Part shown: positions 39,512 to 53,227 of the stretch, in pieces | Layout: the number at the start of each line of letters is the position of its first letter | Position numbering within the stretch: position 1 is the stretch's first letter | The notes under the pieces: generated by a model | The model's input: the letters and a program-made list of their open reading frames with translations, nothing else | The model's database searches: none | Told to the model about the DNA's origin: nothing | Translations under genes and position numbers: made by a program | Origin: Pristiophorus japonicus | Lineage: Eukaryota | Reading direction: 5' to 3' | Length of the DNA stretch: 64,000 bases | Assembly (NCBI RefSeq): GCF_044704955.1 | Contig: NC_091999.1 | Coordinates: forward strand, 35,092,001-35,156,000

Positions 39512-40065
39512 GAGAGGCAGCGGGAGTTCGTGGTCGCTGAGGCGTGAGTCCGGGGATCGGCAGAGGCCTATAAAAGGCCGCGAGAGGCAGCGGAAGTTCG
39601 TGGTCGCTGAGGCGTGAGTCTTGGGATCAGCAGCGGCTTATAAAATGCCGCGAGAGGCAGCGGGAGTTCGTGGTCGCTGAGGCGTGAGTCCGAGGATCAG
39701 CAGAGGCCTAGAAAGGTCGCGAGAGGCAGCGGGAGGTCGTGGTCGCTGAGGCGTGAGTCCGGGGATCAGCAGAGGCCTATAAACGCCGCGAGAGTTCGTG
39801 GTCGCTGAGGCGTGAGTCTGGGGATCAGCAGAGGCCTATAAAGACCGCGAGAGTCAGCGGGAGTCCGGGGATCAGCAGAGGCCTATAAAGGCCGCGAGAG
39901 GCAGCGCGAGTCCGCGGATCAGCACAGGCCTATAAATGCAGCGGGAGTTCGTGGTCGCTGAGGCTTGAGTCCGGGGATCAGCAGAGGCCTATAAAGGCCG
40001 CGAGAGGTAGCGGGAGTTCGTGGTCGCTGAGGCGTGAGTCCGGGGATCAGCAGAGGCCTATACAG
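39512..40065 (+). repeat. 70-bp tandem monomers in the CR1 5' UTR
   Basis: GAGAGGCAGCGGGAGTTCGTGGTCGCTGAGGCGTGAGTCCGGGGATCAGCAGAGGCCTATAAAAGGCCGC starting at 39512, 39582, 39652 and 39721, followed by full and internally deleted units. Confidence 0.95.
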
Positions 40066-40241
40066 GCGTACTTGTGCAGCTACAGGGAGAAGGAAAAAAA
40101 AGGAACATAAAGTTGACGTCACAGCCTAGGAGGTAAGTGATTGACTGGTGATTGGTGAGTAGCTTTGCTTTTTCTTTTTTTTATCAGTCAGTAACTTTTA
40201 ACATTGTTGTTGCCAATTTAAGTGTATCTAAGTGTTAATTC

Positions 40242-41183
40242 ATGGCAGGAGAACTCGCTTGGGTGTAATGCTCCTGCTGTATCATGTGGGAACTCAGGGA
40301 CACTTCCGGTGTCCCTGACGACTATGTGTGTGGGAAGTGTATCCGCCTCCAGCTCCTGACGGACCGCGTTGCGGAATTGGAGCTGAGTGTGCATTAACTC
40401 TGGAGCATCCGCGATGCTGAGAATGACGTGAGTAGCACGTGTTGCGAGTTGGTCTTACCGCAGGAGAAGGTTCCACAGCCAGATAGGGAATGGAAGACCA
40501 GCAGGAAGAGTAGTGCAAGGAAGGTAGTGCAGGGGTCCCCTGTGGTCATCCCCCTGCAAAACAGATATACTGCTTTGAATGCTGTTGGGGGGGATGACTC
40601 ATCAGGCGAGGGCAGCAGCAGCCAAGTTCATGACACCGTGGCTGGCTCTGTTGCACAGGAGAGCACGAAAAAGAGTGGGAGAGCGATAGTGATAGCGGAT
40701 TCAATTGTGAGGGGAATAGATAGGCGTTTCTGCGGCCGCAACCGAGACTCCAGGATGTTATGTTGCCTACCTGGTGCATGGGTCAAAGATGTCTTGGAGC
40801 GGGTGCAGGACATTCTAAAAAGGGAGGGAGAACAGCCAGTTGTCGTGGTGCACATTGGTACCAACGACATTGGTTAAAAAAAGGGATGAGGTCCTACGAA
40901 ACGAATTTAAGGAGCTAGGAGCTAAATTAAAAAGTAGGACCTCAAAAGTAGTAATCTCGGGATGCTACCAATGCCACGTGCTAGTCAGAGTAGGAATCGC
41001 AGGATAGCGCAGATGAATACGTGGCTTGAGCAGAGTGCAGCAGGGAGGGATTCAAATTCCTGGGGCATTGGAACTGGTTCTGAGGAAGTTGGGGCCAGGA
41101 CAAACCGGACGGTCTGCACGTGGGCAGCACCAGAACCAATGTCCTCGGGGGAGTGTTTGCTAGTGCTGTTGGGGAGGAGTTAA
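40242..41183 (+). pseudogene. CR1 ORF1 (Cys-rich zinc-finger-like N-terminus, coiled coil, SGNH esterase-like domain), disabled
   Basis: MAGELAWV*CSCCIMWE...YVCGKCIRLQLLTDRVAELEL, followed by IVIADSIVRG...CCLPGA...VVVHIGTND, the esterase blocks typical of CR1 ORF1. Confidence 0.9.
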
Positions 41184-41190
41184 ACTAAAA

Positions 41191-44167
41191 ATGCAGGGGG
41201 ATGGGAACCAATGCAGGGAGACAGAGGGAAACAAAAAGGAGGCAAAAGCAAAAGACAGAAAGGAGATGAGGAAAAGTGGAGGGCAGAGAAACCCAAGGCA
41301 AAAAACAAAAAGGGCTACTGTACAGCAAAATTCTAAAAGGACAAAGGGTGTTAAAAAAACAAGCCTGAAGGCTTTGTGTCTTAATGCAAGGAGTATCCGC
41401 AATAAGGTGGATGAAGTAACTGCGCAAAAAGATGTTAACAAATATGGTGCGATTGGGATTACGGAGACGTGGCTCCAGGATGATCAGGGCTGGGAACTCA
41501 ACATCCAGGGGTATTCAACATTCAGGAAGGATAGAATAAAAGGAAAAGGAGGTGGGGTAGCATTGCTGGTTAAAGAGGAGATTAATGCAATTGTTCGGAA
41601 AGACATTAGCTTGGATGATGTGGAATCTATAAGGGTAGAGCTGCAGAACACCAAAGGGCAAAAAACGTTAGTGGGAGTTGTGTACAGACCTCCAAACAGT
41701 AGTAGTGATGTCGGGGAGGGCATCAAACAGGAAATTAGGGGTGCATGCAATAAAGGTGCAGCAGTTATAATGGGTGACTTTAATATGCACATAGATTGGG
41801 CTAGCCAAACTAGAAGCAATACGGTGGAGGAGGATTTCCTGGAGTGCAGAAGGAATGGTTTTCTAGACCAATATGTCGAGGAACCAACTAGGGGGGAGGC
41901 TATCTTCGACTGGGTGTTGTGTAATGAGAGAGGATTAATTAGCAATCTCATTGTGCGAGGCCCCTTGGGGAAGAGTGACCATAATATGGTGGAATTCTGC
42001 ATTAGGATTGAGAATGAAACAGTTAATTCAGAGACCATGCTCCAGCACTTAAAGTAGGGTAACTTTGAAGGGATGAGGTGTGAATTGGCTAGGATAGATT
42101 GCCGAATGATACTTAAGGGGTTGACTGTGGATGGGCAATGGCAGACATTTAGAGACCGCATGGATGAACTACAACAATTGTACATTCCTGTCTGGCGTAA
42201 AAATAAAAAAGGGAAGGTGGCTCAACCGTGGCTATCAAGGGAAATCAGGGATAGTATTAAAGCCAAGGAAGTGGCATACAAATTGGCCAGAAATAGCAGC
42301 GAACCCGTGGACTAGGAGAAATTTAGAACTCAGCAGAGGAGGAGAAAGGACTTGATTAGGGCAGGGCAAATGGAGTACGAGAAGAAGCTTGCAGGGAACA
42401 TTAAGGCAGATTGCAAAAGTTTCTATAGATATGTAAAGAGAAAAAGGTTAGTATAGACAAACGTAGGTCCTCTGCAGTCGGAATCGGGGAAGTCATAACC
42501 GGGATCAAAGAAATGGCAGACTAATTTAACAGGTACTTTGGTTCGGTATTCACTAAGGAGGACACAAACAACTTTCCGGATATAAAAGGGGTCAGAGGGT
42601 CTAGTAAGGAGGAGGAACTGAGAGAAATCTTTATTAGTTGGGAAATTATGTTGGGGAAATTGATGGGATTGAAGGCCGATAAATCCCCAGGGCCTGATGG
42701 ACTCGATCCCAGAGTACTTAAGGAGGTGGCCTTGGAAATAGCGGATGCATTGACAATCATTTTCCAACATTCCATTGACTCTGGATCAGTTCCTATCGAG
42801 TGGAGGGTAAACAATGTAACGCCACTTTTTAAAAAAGGCGGAAGAGAGAAAACAGGGAATTATAGACCGGTCAGCCTGACCTCAGTAGTGGGTAAAATGA
42901 TGGAATCAATTATTAAAGATGTCATAGCAGCGCACTTGGAAAGAGGTGACATGATAGGTCCAAGCCAGCATGGATTTGTGAAAGGGAAATCATGATTGAC
43001 AAATCTTATGGAATTTTTTGAGGATGTTTCCAGTAAAGTGGACAAGGGAGAACCAGTTGATGTGGAATATTTGGACTTTCAGAAGGCTTTCGACAAGGTC
43101 CGACACAAGAGATTATTGTGCAAAGTAAAAGCACATGGGATTGGGGGTAGTGTGCTGACGTGGATTGAGAACTGGTTGTCAGACAGGAAGCAAAGAGTAG
43201 GAGTAAATGGGTACTTTTCTGAATGGCAGGCAGTGACTAGTGGGGTACCGCAAGGTTATCTGCTGGGGCCCCAGCTGTCTACACTGTATATTAATGATTT
43301 AGACTAGGGGATTAAATGTAGTATCTCCAAATTTGTGGATGACACTAAGTTGGGTGGCAGTGTGAGCTGCCATTAGGATGCTATGGGGCTGCAGAGCGAT
43401 TTGGATACTTTAGCTGAGTGGGCAAATGCATGGCAGATTAAGTATAATGTGGATAAATGTGAGGTTATCCACTTTGGTGGTAAAAACAGAGAGGCAGACT
43501 ATTGTCTGAATGGTGACAGATTAGGAAAAGGGGAGGTGCAACGAGACCTGGGTGTCATGGTACATCAGTCATTGAAGGTTGGCATGCAGTACATCAGGCG
43601 GTGAGGAAAGCAAATGGCATGTTGGCCTTCATAGCGAAGGGATTTGAGTACAGGGGCAGGGAGGTGTTGCTGCAGTTGTACAGGGCCTTGGTGAGGCCAC
43701 ACCTGAAGTATTGTGTACAGTTTTGGTCTCCTAACTTGAGGGACATTCTTGCTATTGAGGGAGTGCAGCGAAGGTGCACCAGACTGATTCCAGGGATGGT
43801 GGGACTGATCTACCAAGAAAGACTGGATCAACTGGGCTTGTATTCACTGGAATTCACAAGAATGAGAGGGGACTTCATAGAAACGTTTAAAATTCTGACC
43901 GGTTTCGACAGATTAGATGCAGGAAGAATGTTCCCAATGTTGGAGAAGTCCAGAACCAGGGGTCTCAGTCTAAGAATAAGGGGTAAGCCATTTAGAACTG
44001 AGATGAGGAGAAACGTATTCACCCAGAGACTGGTGAACCTGTGGAATTCTCTACCACAGAAAGTTGTTGAGGCCAATTCACTAAATATATTCAAAAGGGA
44101 GTTAGATGGAGTCCTTCCTATTCGGGTGATCAAGGGGAATGGCGAGAAAGCAGGGATGGGGTACTGA
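41191..44167 (+). pseudogene. CR1 ORF2 (APE endonuclease plus reverse transcriptase), disabled
   Basis: Endonuclease motifs LNARSI, IGITETWL, GVVYRPP, IMGDFN and SDHNMV, followed by RT broken into several ORFs. Confidence 0.95.
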
Positions 44168-44752
44168 AGTTGCATGTTCAGCCATGATCTCATTGAATGG
44201 TGGTGCAGGCTAGAAGGGCTGAATGGCCTACTCCTGCACCTGTTTTCTATGTTTCTATGTTTCTATCCACCCTGTTCGCTACATACTCAACGAACGCCAG
44301 AATATTTGTCAAACACGACTTCCCCTTCATAAATCCATGCTGACTCTGCCTCACCGAATTTTGTTTTTCAAATGTCCTGCTACTGCTTCTTATTTAATGG
44401 ACTCCGACATTTCCCAACCAATATTAGACCCAAGCATGAGGGACTTCAGTTAATGTGTAGAGACTGCAAAATATGGGATTGTTCTCCTTGGAGGAGCGAA
44501 GTCTAAGAAGAGATTTGATAGAGCTGTTTAAAATCATCAACGGTTTAGATAGAGTAAATAAATATAAACTGTTTCAGATGTATGGTGATTAACAAAAGAA
44601 CCAGAGGCGATATTTGGACGAAGTTTTCTATGCAACCACTGGTTAGGATTTGTATTGTACTGCCTGATAGGGTGGTAGATACAGACTCAATCGTTTCCTT
44701 CAAAAAGAAATTGTACAAATACTTGAAGGAGGAAAAAAGCAAGGGATATAGG

Positions 44753-46299
44753 GAACATGTAGCCAAGAAACTTACAAACTCGAATTTTGCTGTGCAACTC
44801 GAGGTGTCCACCGACATTAGTGATAAATGTTAGCATTTGCTCGCTTCATTCATGAAAACGAGATATTTAACCGATTTCTCTGCTGAATAGAACTCCCGGA
44901 AAATACTAGAGGTGAAGACATATTTGATTCCGTGAATTCTTATTTAGAAGACTTGAACATTTCATGGGACTCATGTGTTGGAATCTGCATGGACGGTGTT
45001 CAGTCTATGGTGGGATTTGTCAAAGGATTCATTACGCTTGCAAAAAAACATAATTCAAATATATTATTCACCCAATGCTTTTTGCATAGAGAAGCACTTG
45101 TTACAAAGACATTACTGCTAGAATTAAAATCTGTGTTCGATCAAGTTGTTAATATCATAAATTATATGAAATCAAGACCTTTAAAAACTTGCATGTTTAA
45201 ACAGCTCTGCAAAGTGATGGATGCACAGCACGAATGTTTACTTTTGCATACAGAGGTAAGATGGCTTTCAAGGGGAAAAGTCTTATGTCGTGTATTTGAA
45301 CTTAAAGAATAATTGTCAGTATTTTTTGAAAAAGAAGGAAATGATACATTTTGCAAATACATTAAGAGTGAAATGTGGTGTGCTAAGTTGGCATATTTGG
45401 CAGCAACAGTTAATTTTCCAAACAGCGTTAATACCAGTATGCAAGGGCGAAATGAAAACATTCTCACCTCTACAGACAAGCTATTAGCTTTTCAGAAAAA
45501 ACATTTCTACCTCGAAAAAGAGAGCAACAGAAACAAAATCTTGAAATGTTCCCTTTGATACCAAATCACAGTGTTAAAAAGGTTGCACCTATTGTGATAG
45601 AGCATTTGGCATCACTGGAAGACAACATCAAAAAATATTTCCCATCTTTGGATGTAGAGAATATGATTGGGTAAGAAATCCATTTTCTCCAACTAGCACG
45701 TCAGATTTTAATTTTACATTGCAAGAAGAAGAAAAATTGACTTCCATTTCGACAGACCACAGCCTTAAAATGAAACCTTCAGATATGTCTCTTGATGCAA
45801 TCTGGATTTCTATTAAAGAAGAATATCCTGCAATATTAAAAACAGCTTTGATAATTCTGATGCAGTTTTCAACATCTCTGCGAATCAGGATTCTCAACTC
45901 TTACGAATATCAAATGCAAAAAAAAGGGAAAAACTTAGCGAACTTGAACACGAAATGAGAGAGGCCTTATCGGTTATACGCACTAATATTAGTGACATAT
46001 CCAAAAAAACGTCAGGCACAAGTATCATATCAAAATACTAATTAATCAATAACTAACGTGAGGAATTATTATTATAGTTTATTATTTTATTGTTACATTC
46101 AGAATAAAAAATAATTAATAACATACATGTGTACAATGTTGTATATCTTCATATACTGTGATTAATAAAATGTTTTTTAAATTTTCTGAAACTTGCTTAT
46201 TTTAACCTTTGTGTTCACCTTTTAATCCCTTCAAGTGTGCCACCAAAAATTCTAGTATACAAAAGTGTGTCGCGAACACAAAAAGGTGGAGAACCACTG
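44753..46299 (+). mobile_element. 5'-deleted copy of the hAT transposon (right TIR retained)
   Basis: Near-identical to 59277-60821. Ends ...GGAGAACCACTG, followed by GTTTAGAT at 46300-46307. Confidence 0.95.
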
Positions 46300-48630
46300 G
46301 TTTAGATAGAGTAAATAAATAGAACTTGATTCAGATGTAAGGTGATTGACAAAAGAACCAGAGGCGATATTTGGACGAAACGTTCTATGCAACCACTGGT
46401 TAGGATTTGGGTTGTACTGCCTGATAGGGTGGTAGATATAGATTCAATAGTTGCCCTTAAAAGGAAAGTGTACAAATACTTGAAGGAGGAAAACATGCAG
46501 GGATATAGGGAAAGTGCGCGGGAGTGGGGCTAACGGGATTGCTCTTCGAAAGAGCCGGCGCAGACTCTATGGGCTGAATTGTCACCTTCTGTGCCATACT
46601 AATCTATCAGTGACCAGAACACGGTTGAATTTCAAATTCAGTTGGAGAGTGCGAGAGTTGGTTCTCAAACCACTGTACAAACCTTAAAAAAAGGAGGCTA
46701 CAAAGGTCTGAGGTCAGTAATTGCTAATGCGGACTGGGAAAATAGATAAAAGTATGGGACGGTTGATGAACAGTGGCAGACATTTAAGTAGATATTTCAT
46801 AATTCGCAACAAAAAGATATCCCAATGAGAAGGTAAGACTGCAAGAGAGGAGATAACCATCCGTGGCTAACTAAGGAAATAAGGGATGGTACCAAATTGG
46901 AAACAAAGGCATACAGTCTGGCCAAGACTAGTGGGAGGCCAGAGGATTCGGAAACTTTTAAAAGCCAGCAAAGAACAACTTAACAAATGATAAAGTGAGG
47001 GAAGATAGGTTATGAAAGTAAACTAGCGCAAAATAGAAAAACAGATAGTAAAAGTTTCTACAGGTACATTACAAGCAAAAGTGAGGTTAACGTAAATGTT
47101 GGTCAATTAACGGATGAGACTGGGGAATTAAGAATGGAGAACAGGGAAATGACAGAGACGTTGAACAAATATTTTGTATCGGTCTTCATGGTAGCAGACA
47201 CTGCACACATCCAAATTGTGGAAAATCAAGGGGCTATATGGAGGAAGGAATTTATTACAATCTCTATCATTAATGAAGTCATACTCGGTAAAATAATGGG
47301 ACTAAAGGCGGACAAGTCCCCAGGGCCTGATGGGTTACACCCCATGGTCCTAAAAGAAGTGGCTGCAGAGATAGTGGCTGCATTGGTTAAATCTACTAAC
47401 ATTTCTTAATTCTGCGGCGGTCCCAGCGGATTGGAAAACTGCAAATGTAATGATCCTATTTAAAAAAAAAAATAGGCAGACAAAAAGCAAGAAACTATAG
47501 ACCAGTGAGCGGAACATCTGTCATTGAGACAATGGTGGAATCCGTTAAGGAAGCAGTAGCGGGAAATTTGGAAAAGCAAAATTCAATCAAGCAGAGTCAG
47601 CGGAGTTTCATGAACGGGACGACATGATTGAAAAATTTGCTGGAGATCTTTGAGGATGAAACGAGCAGGGTTGATTAGGGGGATCCAGTGGATGTGGTGT
47701 ATTTGGATTTCCAGAAATCTTCGATATGGTGCCACATAAAAGATTACTGCACAAGATAAAAGTTCTCGGGGTTGAGGGCAATATATTGGCATGGATAGAT
47801 GGTTGGCTAACTAACTGATCGGAGGGTCGGGATAAATGGGTCAATTTCCGGTTGGCAAACAGTATCCCGTGTTGTGCCGCAGGGATCGGTGGTGGAACCG
47901 CAACTATTTACAATCGATAGTAATGAATTGGATGAAGGGACCTAATGTAATGTAGCCAAGCTTTGAGACGATAAAAAGAAGGGTGGGAAAGAAAATTGTG
48001 AGGAGGGCACCAATAATCTGTAAAGGGATATGGATAGACTAAGTGAGTGGGCAATAATCTGCAGTATATTGGTGAAGCCACATCTAGAGTACTGCATCCA
48101 GTATTGGTCTCTGTATTTAAGGAAGGATGTACCTGCATTGGAGGCTTTCCAGCGAAGGTTGATTCGGGAGATGAGGGTGTTGAATTATGAAGATAGTTTG
48201 AGTAGGTTGGGCCGATAGACATTGGAGTTCAGAAGAATGAGAGATGATCTTATTGCACATTATAAGATAATGAGCGTACTCGACAATGTGAATGCAGAGA
48301 GGATACTTCCACTTATAGGGGAAAATAAAACTAGGGGACATTGTCTCAGAAAAACTAGCTGCGCATTTAAAACTGAGCTAATGGGGAATTTCTTCGCTCA
48401 GAGGGATGTAAATCTATGGAATTCTCAGCCCCAGACAGTTGTGCAGGCTTGGCCATTGAATATATTTAAGGCGGAGATAGAAAGGTCTTTGAGTGATAAG
48501 AGAATAAACGGTTATGGGGATCGGGCAGCGAAGTGGAGCTGAGTCCATGATCAGATCAGCCATGATCTTATTAAATGATGAGCAGGTTCGAGGGGCCAGT
48601 GGCCTACTCCTGTTCCTATTTCTTATGTTC
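46300..48630 (+). mobile_element. Old CR1 fragments (paralog of 28270-30250 and 60822-63120)
   Basis: RT pieces, the shared internal deletion near 48055 and a 3' tail. Confidence 0.88.
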
Positions 48631-48940
48631 TTTTGTTTACATTACACTCGGCACTGTTTCTCTGAAATTGCACTAGACACTGTCTCTGTTTATATTACAC
48701 GAGACCCAGTCTCTCTTAAATTACACTAGACCCTGTCTCTGTTTATATTACACTAGACCCTGTCACTGTTTAATTACACTAGACCCTGTCTCTGTTTGTA
48801 TTACACTAGACACTGTCTCTGTTTATATTACACTAGACCCTGTCGCTGTTTAAATTACACTAGACCCTGTGTCTCTTTCCGATATGATAGACTCTGTCTC
48901 CCTTTGTTACACTAGGCCCTTTGTTAGACTGGGCCATGTA
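48630..48940 (+). repeat. 27-bp satellite at the B/C unit boundary
   Basis: Tandem units of the 27-bp consensus. Confidence 0.9.
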
Positions 48941-50149
48941 TCGGTTGATTTCACAAGACAATGTCTGTTTGTGTCAACCGAGGCTCAGGGTGTCTCATTT
49001 TCTCCTCGGTCCCAGATAGTTTTGGGATGAACTCCCTCTCCAAGGATTATATCTCTATATATTGTACAACAGACCCTGTTGTAAGTTATTTCTGCCATGC
49101 GTCTGTTAGAGAGACAGAATATGTATAGACGGTAGATAGATAGTAATATAAATAAGATATTTATGTGTGTGGGTAGGAGGATGCAATACTTTTTTTTGGT
49201 TGGAACACACGTTTAATTTCGTTAATAGCTATCAAGAGTTGTGTGTAATGGCGTATTGATCTGGTATTGTGTCGGTAATACTTGTGTTCAGAGGATGGGG
49301 TGAATCTTGTAATAATCTCCGAGATAGACTGGTATTGAGGGACCGGACTGAAGGTGAGCAATAATGCATTTTACACTACTTAGTCGCAAACTCTGTGTTA
49401 AAGGTTACAAATTCACACTTGTGTTGTCCTGTGCCAATTGCTCTGTTATTTAATGTTAAGGGTTGTTGTTTCTATTGAGCTTTCACTTGACCCACTAATT
49501 GTGTCAGAGAGAGCTTGGAAGCGTGATCTCACAGCACCGCCGGATGGGCTGCCGCAGGGTCCCAATATCCACCGGAGTTCATTCTCTCATCTGGTTAAGA
49601 CGATCAACAGAAAAGAGAACACAGTGTTTTCTATATGTGTATGTATATGTGTATGTGTGTACGTGTGTGTGTGTGTGTTTATGTGCATGTTTGTATGTGT
49701 GTGTACAAATTAGAATGTGTGCAAGTACATTCCACAAAGAAAAATGATTAGCTTTTCAGCATTTTATTTTATTCAACAGCTAATTGCCGATCCCTTAATA
49801 CCGTTAACATTTATTGATAACACATTGTCTTGCACGCTCTACTTTAGAAACTGATGTCACACTGACCATTCTGTTATCATGGTGACCATGTCTGGCCACA
49901 GTATTCACTGGGAAAAGGAATTAAATTACACCGAAGATAATGAGCAGCCAGCCACCAGTATCTGCGCTTTATTGTCCAGCAATCATCTCAGCATCACACA
50001 GAATCTCCTGATATACACCTCAAGTTTATGATGATTGGTGCAAGTGAAGGTAAACATGAAACTGCACCTATATCTGGCATGAGGTTACTAAATCTGTAAT
50101 TACCTCACTTATTTCTCTCATTACTGCACTAGACCCAGGCTCAGTTTAT

Positions 50150-51315
50150 ATCGTTGATGTGGTGGACTTACAAAAGGTGTTTGATAAAGTGCCTTGATAA
50201 TATCCGTGCCAGCAAAGTTGAAATTCATAGAATAAAAGGGTGAGTGGCAGTCTGGATATGAAATTGACTGAGTGATAGGAATCAGAGAGTAGTGGGTTTT
50301 TTGGACTGGACGAAGGTATACAGTGGTGTTCTGCAGCAGTTGGTATGAGGAATACTACTTTTCTTGATTTATTTTCATGACTTAGATTGTGTAAGGGCAT
50401 AACTTCAATATTTGCAGATGACTCATAGCTTGGAAGTATAGTGAACAGTGAGGAGAGTTATTATAGACTTTAAAAGGACGTAGTTTTGCTGCTAGAATAG
50501 ACGAATACATGGAAAATGAAACACAGAAAAGTGTGAAGTGATACATTTTGGTAGGAGGAACGAGGAGAGCCAAAATGAACCAAAGGGTACAATTCTAAAG
50601 GGTGTGCTGAACACAGAGACCTCAGGATATATGTGCATAAATCATTGAATGTGGCAGGGCAGATTGAGAAAGTGGTTTAAAAAGCAGATGGGATCATGGG
50701 CTTCATCAATAGAGACATAGAATACAAAAGCAAGGAAATTATGATGAATAAGTATAAAACACTGATTCGGCCTTAACTGGAGTATTGTGTCCAATTCTGG
50801 GCACCGCACTTTAGGAAGGATGTGAAGTCCTTGGAGAGGGTGTAGAAAAGATTTACGTGTGGTTCCAGTGATAAGGTACTTCGGTTATGTGGTCTAGTCT
50901 GGAGAAGCTGGGGTTGTTCTCATTAGAGCAAAGAAGTTTGAGATGAGATTTGATCGAGGTGTTCAGAATCAAGGGGTCCAGACAGAGTAGCTGGAGAGAA
51001 ACTTTTCCCATTGGCAGAAGGGTCGAGAACAGAGGACACAGATTTAATATGATTGGCACAATCAAAGGCGACATAAGGAAAACGTTTGTATGCAGCGAGT
51101 GGTTATGATCTGAAATGCAATGCATGAAAGGGAGGTGGGGGGAGATTAAACCATGGCATTCCAAAGGGAATTGGATAAGTACTTGAAGGAAGAAAATTCA
51201 CTGGGCTATGGGAAAGGGCGGAGGACTGGACTAGTTGAAATACTCCTGCAGAGAGCGACACGGGCTATATGGGCCAAATGGCCCTCTTCGGTGCTGTAAG
51301 CATTCTATGATTCTA
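50150..51315 (+). mobile_element. Old CR1 fragment with tail (unit C)
   Basis: Paralog of 33310-34452; tail cattctatgattctat. Confidence 0.85.
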
Positions 51316-52114
51316 TAATACACCAGATCCTGTCTCAGTTATAACTACACAAGACACTGTTCCAGTTTATATAACCACACATACCATGTTAAATATTCAC
51401 TCCCTCAACCACCGGTGCACCATGTCTGCAGTGATTACTATCCACAAGATGCATTGCAGTAACTTGCCAAGACATCTTCGGCAGAACTTTCCAAATCTAC
51501 AACCTCTTCCACCTAGAAGGACAAGGGCAGCAGGCTCATGAGAACACCGTCATCTCCACATAGCCCTCCAAATCACACAGCATTCTAGTTTTGAAATGTA
51601 TTATCTTTCCTTCATAGACACTGGGCCAAGTTCTTCAACACCCTCCCTAACACTGTGAGTACCTTCTTCACACGGTCTGCAGCGGTTGAAGGTGGCAGCT
51701 TACCAACTGCTTCTCAAGGCCAATAGGGAAAGACAACAATGTTGGACTTGCCAGCGACACATACACCCACATGTCAGGAACCAATAAACAATGTCCCTGT
51801 ATCAGTCGTTAAATGCTAGCCACTACCTCCGTTCGTACTGCACTTGAACTACTAATATTGTACTAGGCTCTGTCTCAGATATTAATGGAATATGCCATGC
51901 TTTTGTTCCTATTACAAAAGACCCTGTCTCTGTTTATATTAAACTAGACAAGTACATTGCTTATATTACAGTAGCCCCATCCTTTCACATTGCTGCATTA
52001 AACCATGTTTCTTTTTATATTAGACTAGACCCCATCACCGTTATTACTGCACGAGACCATGTCTCTCTTTATATGACACTACGCGTTATGTCAGTTATTA
52101 CTGCTCTAGACCCT

Positions 52115-52390
52115 ATAACTCCCAGGGCAGGTACAGCATGTGTCAGATACAGAGTAAAGCTCCCATTATACTCTCCCATCACACATTCACAGAACAGTAA
52201 CAGCACGGGTTAGATACAGTGTGATGCTCCCTCTAAACTGTCACATCACACACTGCCAGGACAGGTATAGTACGGTTTAGGTGCAAAATAATGCTCCCTC
52301 GACAACATCCCATCAAAAAACACCCAGGGCAGGTAAAGCATGCGTTAGATACAAGAGTAAAGATCCCTCTAAACTCTCCCATCAAAACCT
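52115..52390 (+). repeat. ~67-bp tandem repeat (unit C), preceded by degenerate 27-bp satellite
   Basis: Same consensus as 9445-9870. Confidence 0.8.
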
Positions 52391-53227
52391 CCAATGTCAC
52401 TTAATGCATAGGTCACATTTTGGACTAAAACTCCCTCTGTGCACTCCAATCAATTTGGTCCGAGGCATATCCTTATGGTTGAGGGAAACCTTGTGTTGCA
52501 TGTTGACATCTAGTTGTGGGGAAATGTCAATGACCTATTCTTGAGAGATAGGAGGAAAATGGAAAATTGAGAGGCAGATGATAGACAAATCTCCACTATC
52601 ACCTTTGTGATGTTGCTGTACATGCTGACGAGAAGCAATCGTTCCCCATTCTGTACGTGGGTATCATCTTCACATTACTCTCCTATAATGTAGAGAAATG
52701 TACCAAAAAACAGTTGTTGCTGGAATCTGTTGAGAGATTTGCATTTCTCTCTGTCTTTATTTAAGTGCTGTGTTGGTGGGGAAACTTTTATTGTGTCTCT
52801 GTCGCTCAATGCTCTAATCTGGGACTTCTATTTCTGTGTTTATTTACATAAACGGCTCACTGCTGGTCATGAAGTGCCCATGGCAGCAAAATCAGATCAA
52901 CTTAGTCACTTATTGATTCGACTCAACTCACAGCAATGAATTATTTTAAGAATATTAACAGAAGTAGAAATATGTCGAACAGTGACGTTAGCTTCAGTTT
53001 TGTTCAATTGCAACAGATGTGATTTATATCAAAGTGAATAAATATTGCAATGAATAATTCAGTTCTGAAATGTCTGCTGCTGAACAGGCTGTTATTCCAC
53101 TGCATTTCCATTTAATGGAAGATTTAAATAACTGAAACTAAACAATTTAAACCAGTGACCAGAGGAGTGCCGACAATCACAGGATTATCTGAGCATTTCA
53201 CATATCGCAACTTCTATTTTGAAATGT

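Larger units (their letters stand above)
39512..44266 (+). mobile_element. Full-length young CR1 LINE (5' monomer array, ORF1, ORF2, tail), disabled
   Basis: 70-bp CpG-rich repeats at 39512-40065, then ORF1 and ORF2 with stops and frameshifts, then a (TTTCTATG)n tail. TATCC occurs at both junctions (39507-39511 and 44264-44268). Confidence 0.97.
38305..44420 (-). mobile_element. Older antisense CR1 (38305-39511 and 44267-44420) split by the full-length CR1
   Basis: Minus-strand ORFs 38562..38960 and 39251..39481. The sequence ...ggttcccctttatcc resumes as accctgttcgctacatactca after 44268. Confidence 0.9.

Noticed and set aside
46658-46675. TGGTTCTCAAACCACTG resembling the hAT TIR (also ~61181)
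   Set aside because: It is embedded in collinear CR1 sequence with no TSD or partner end.
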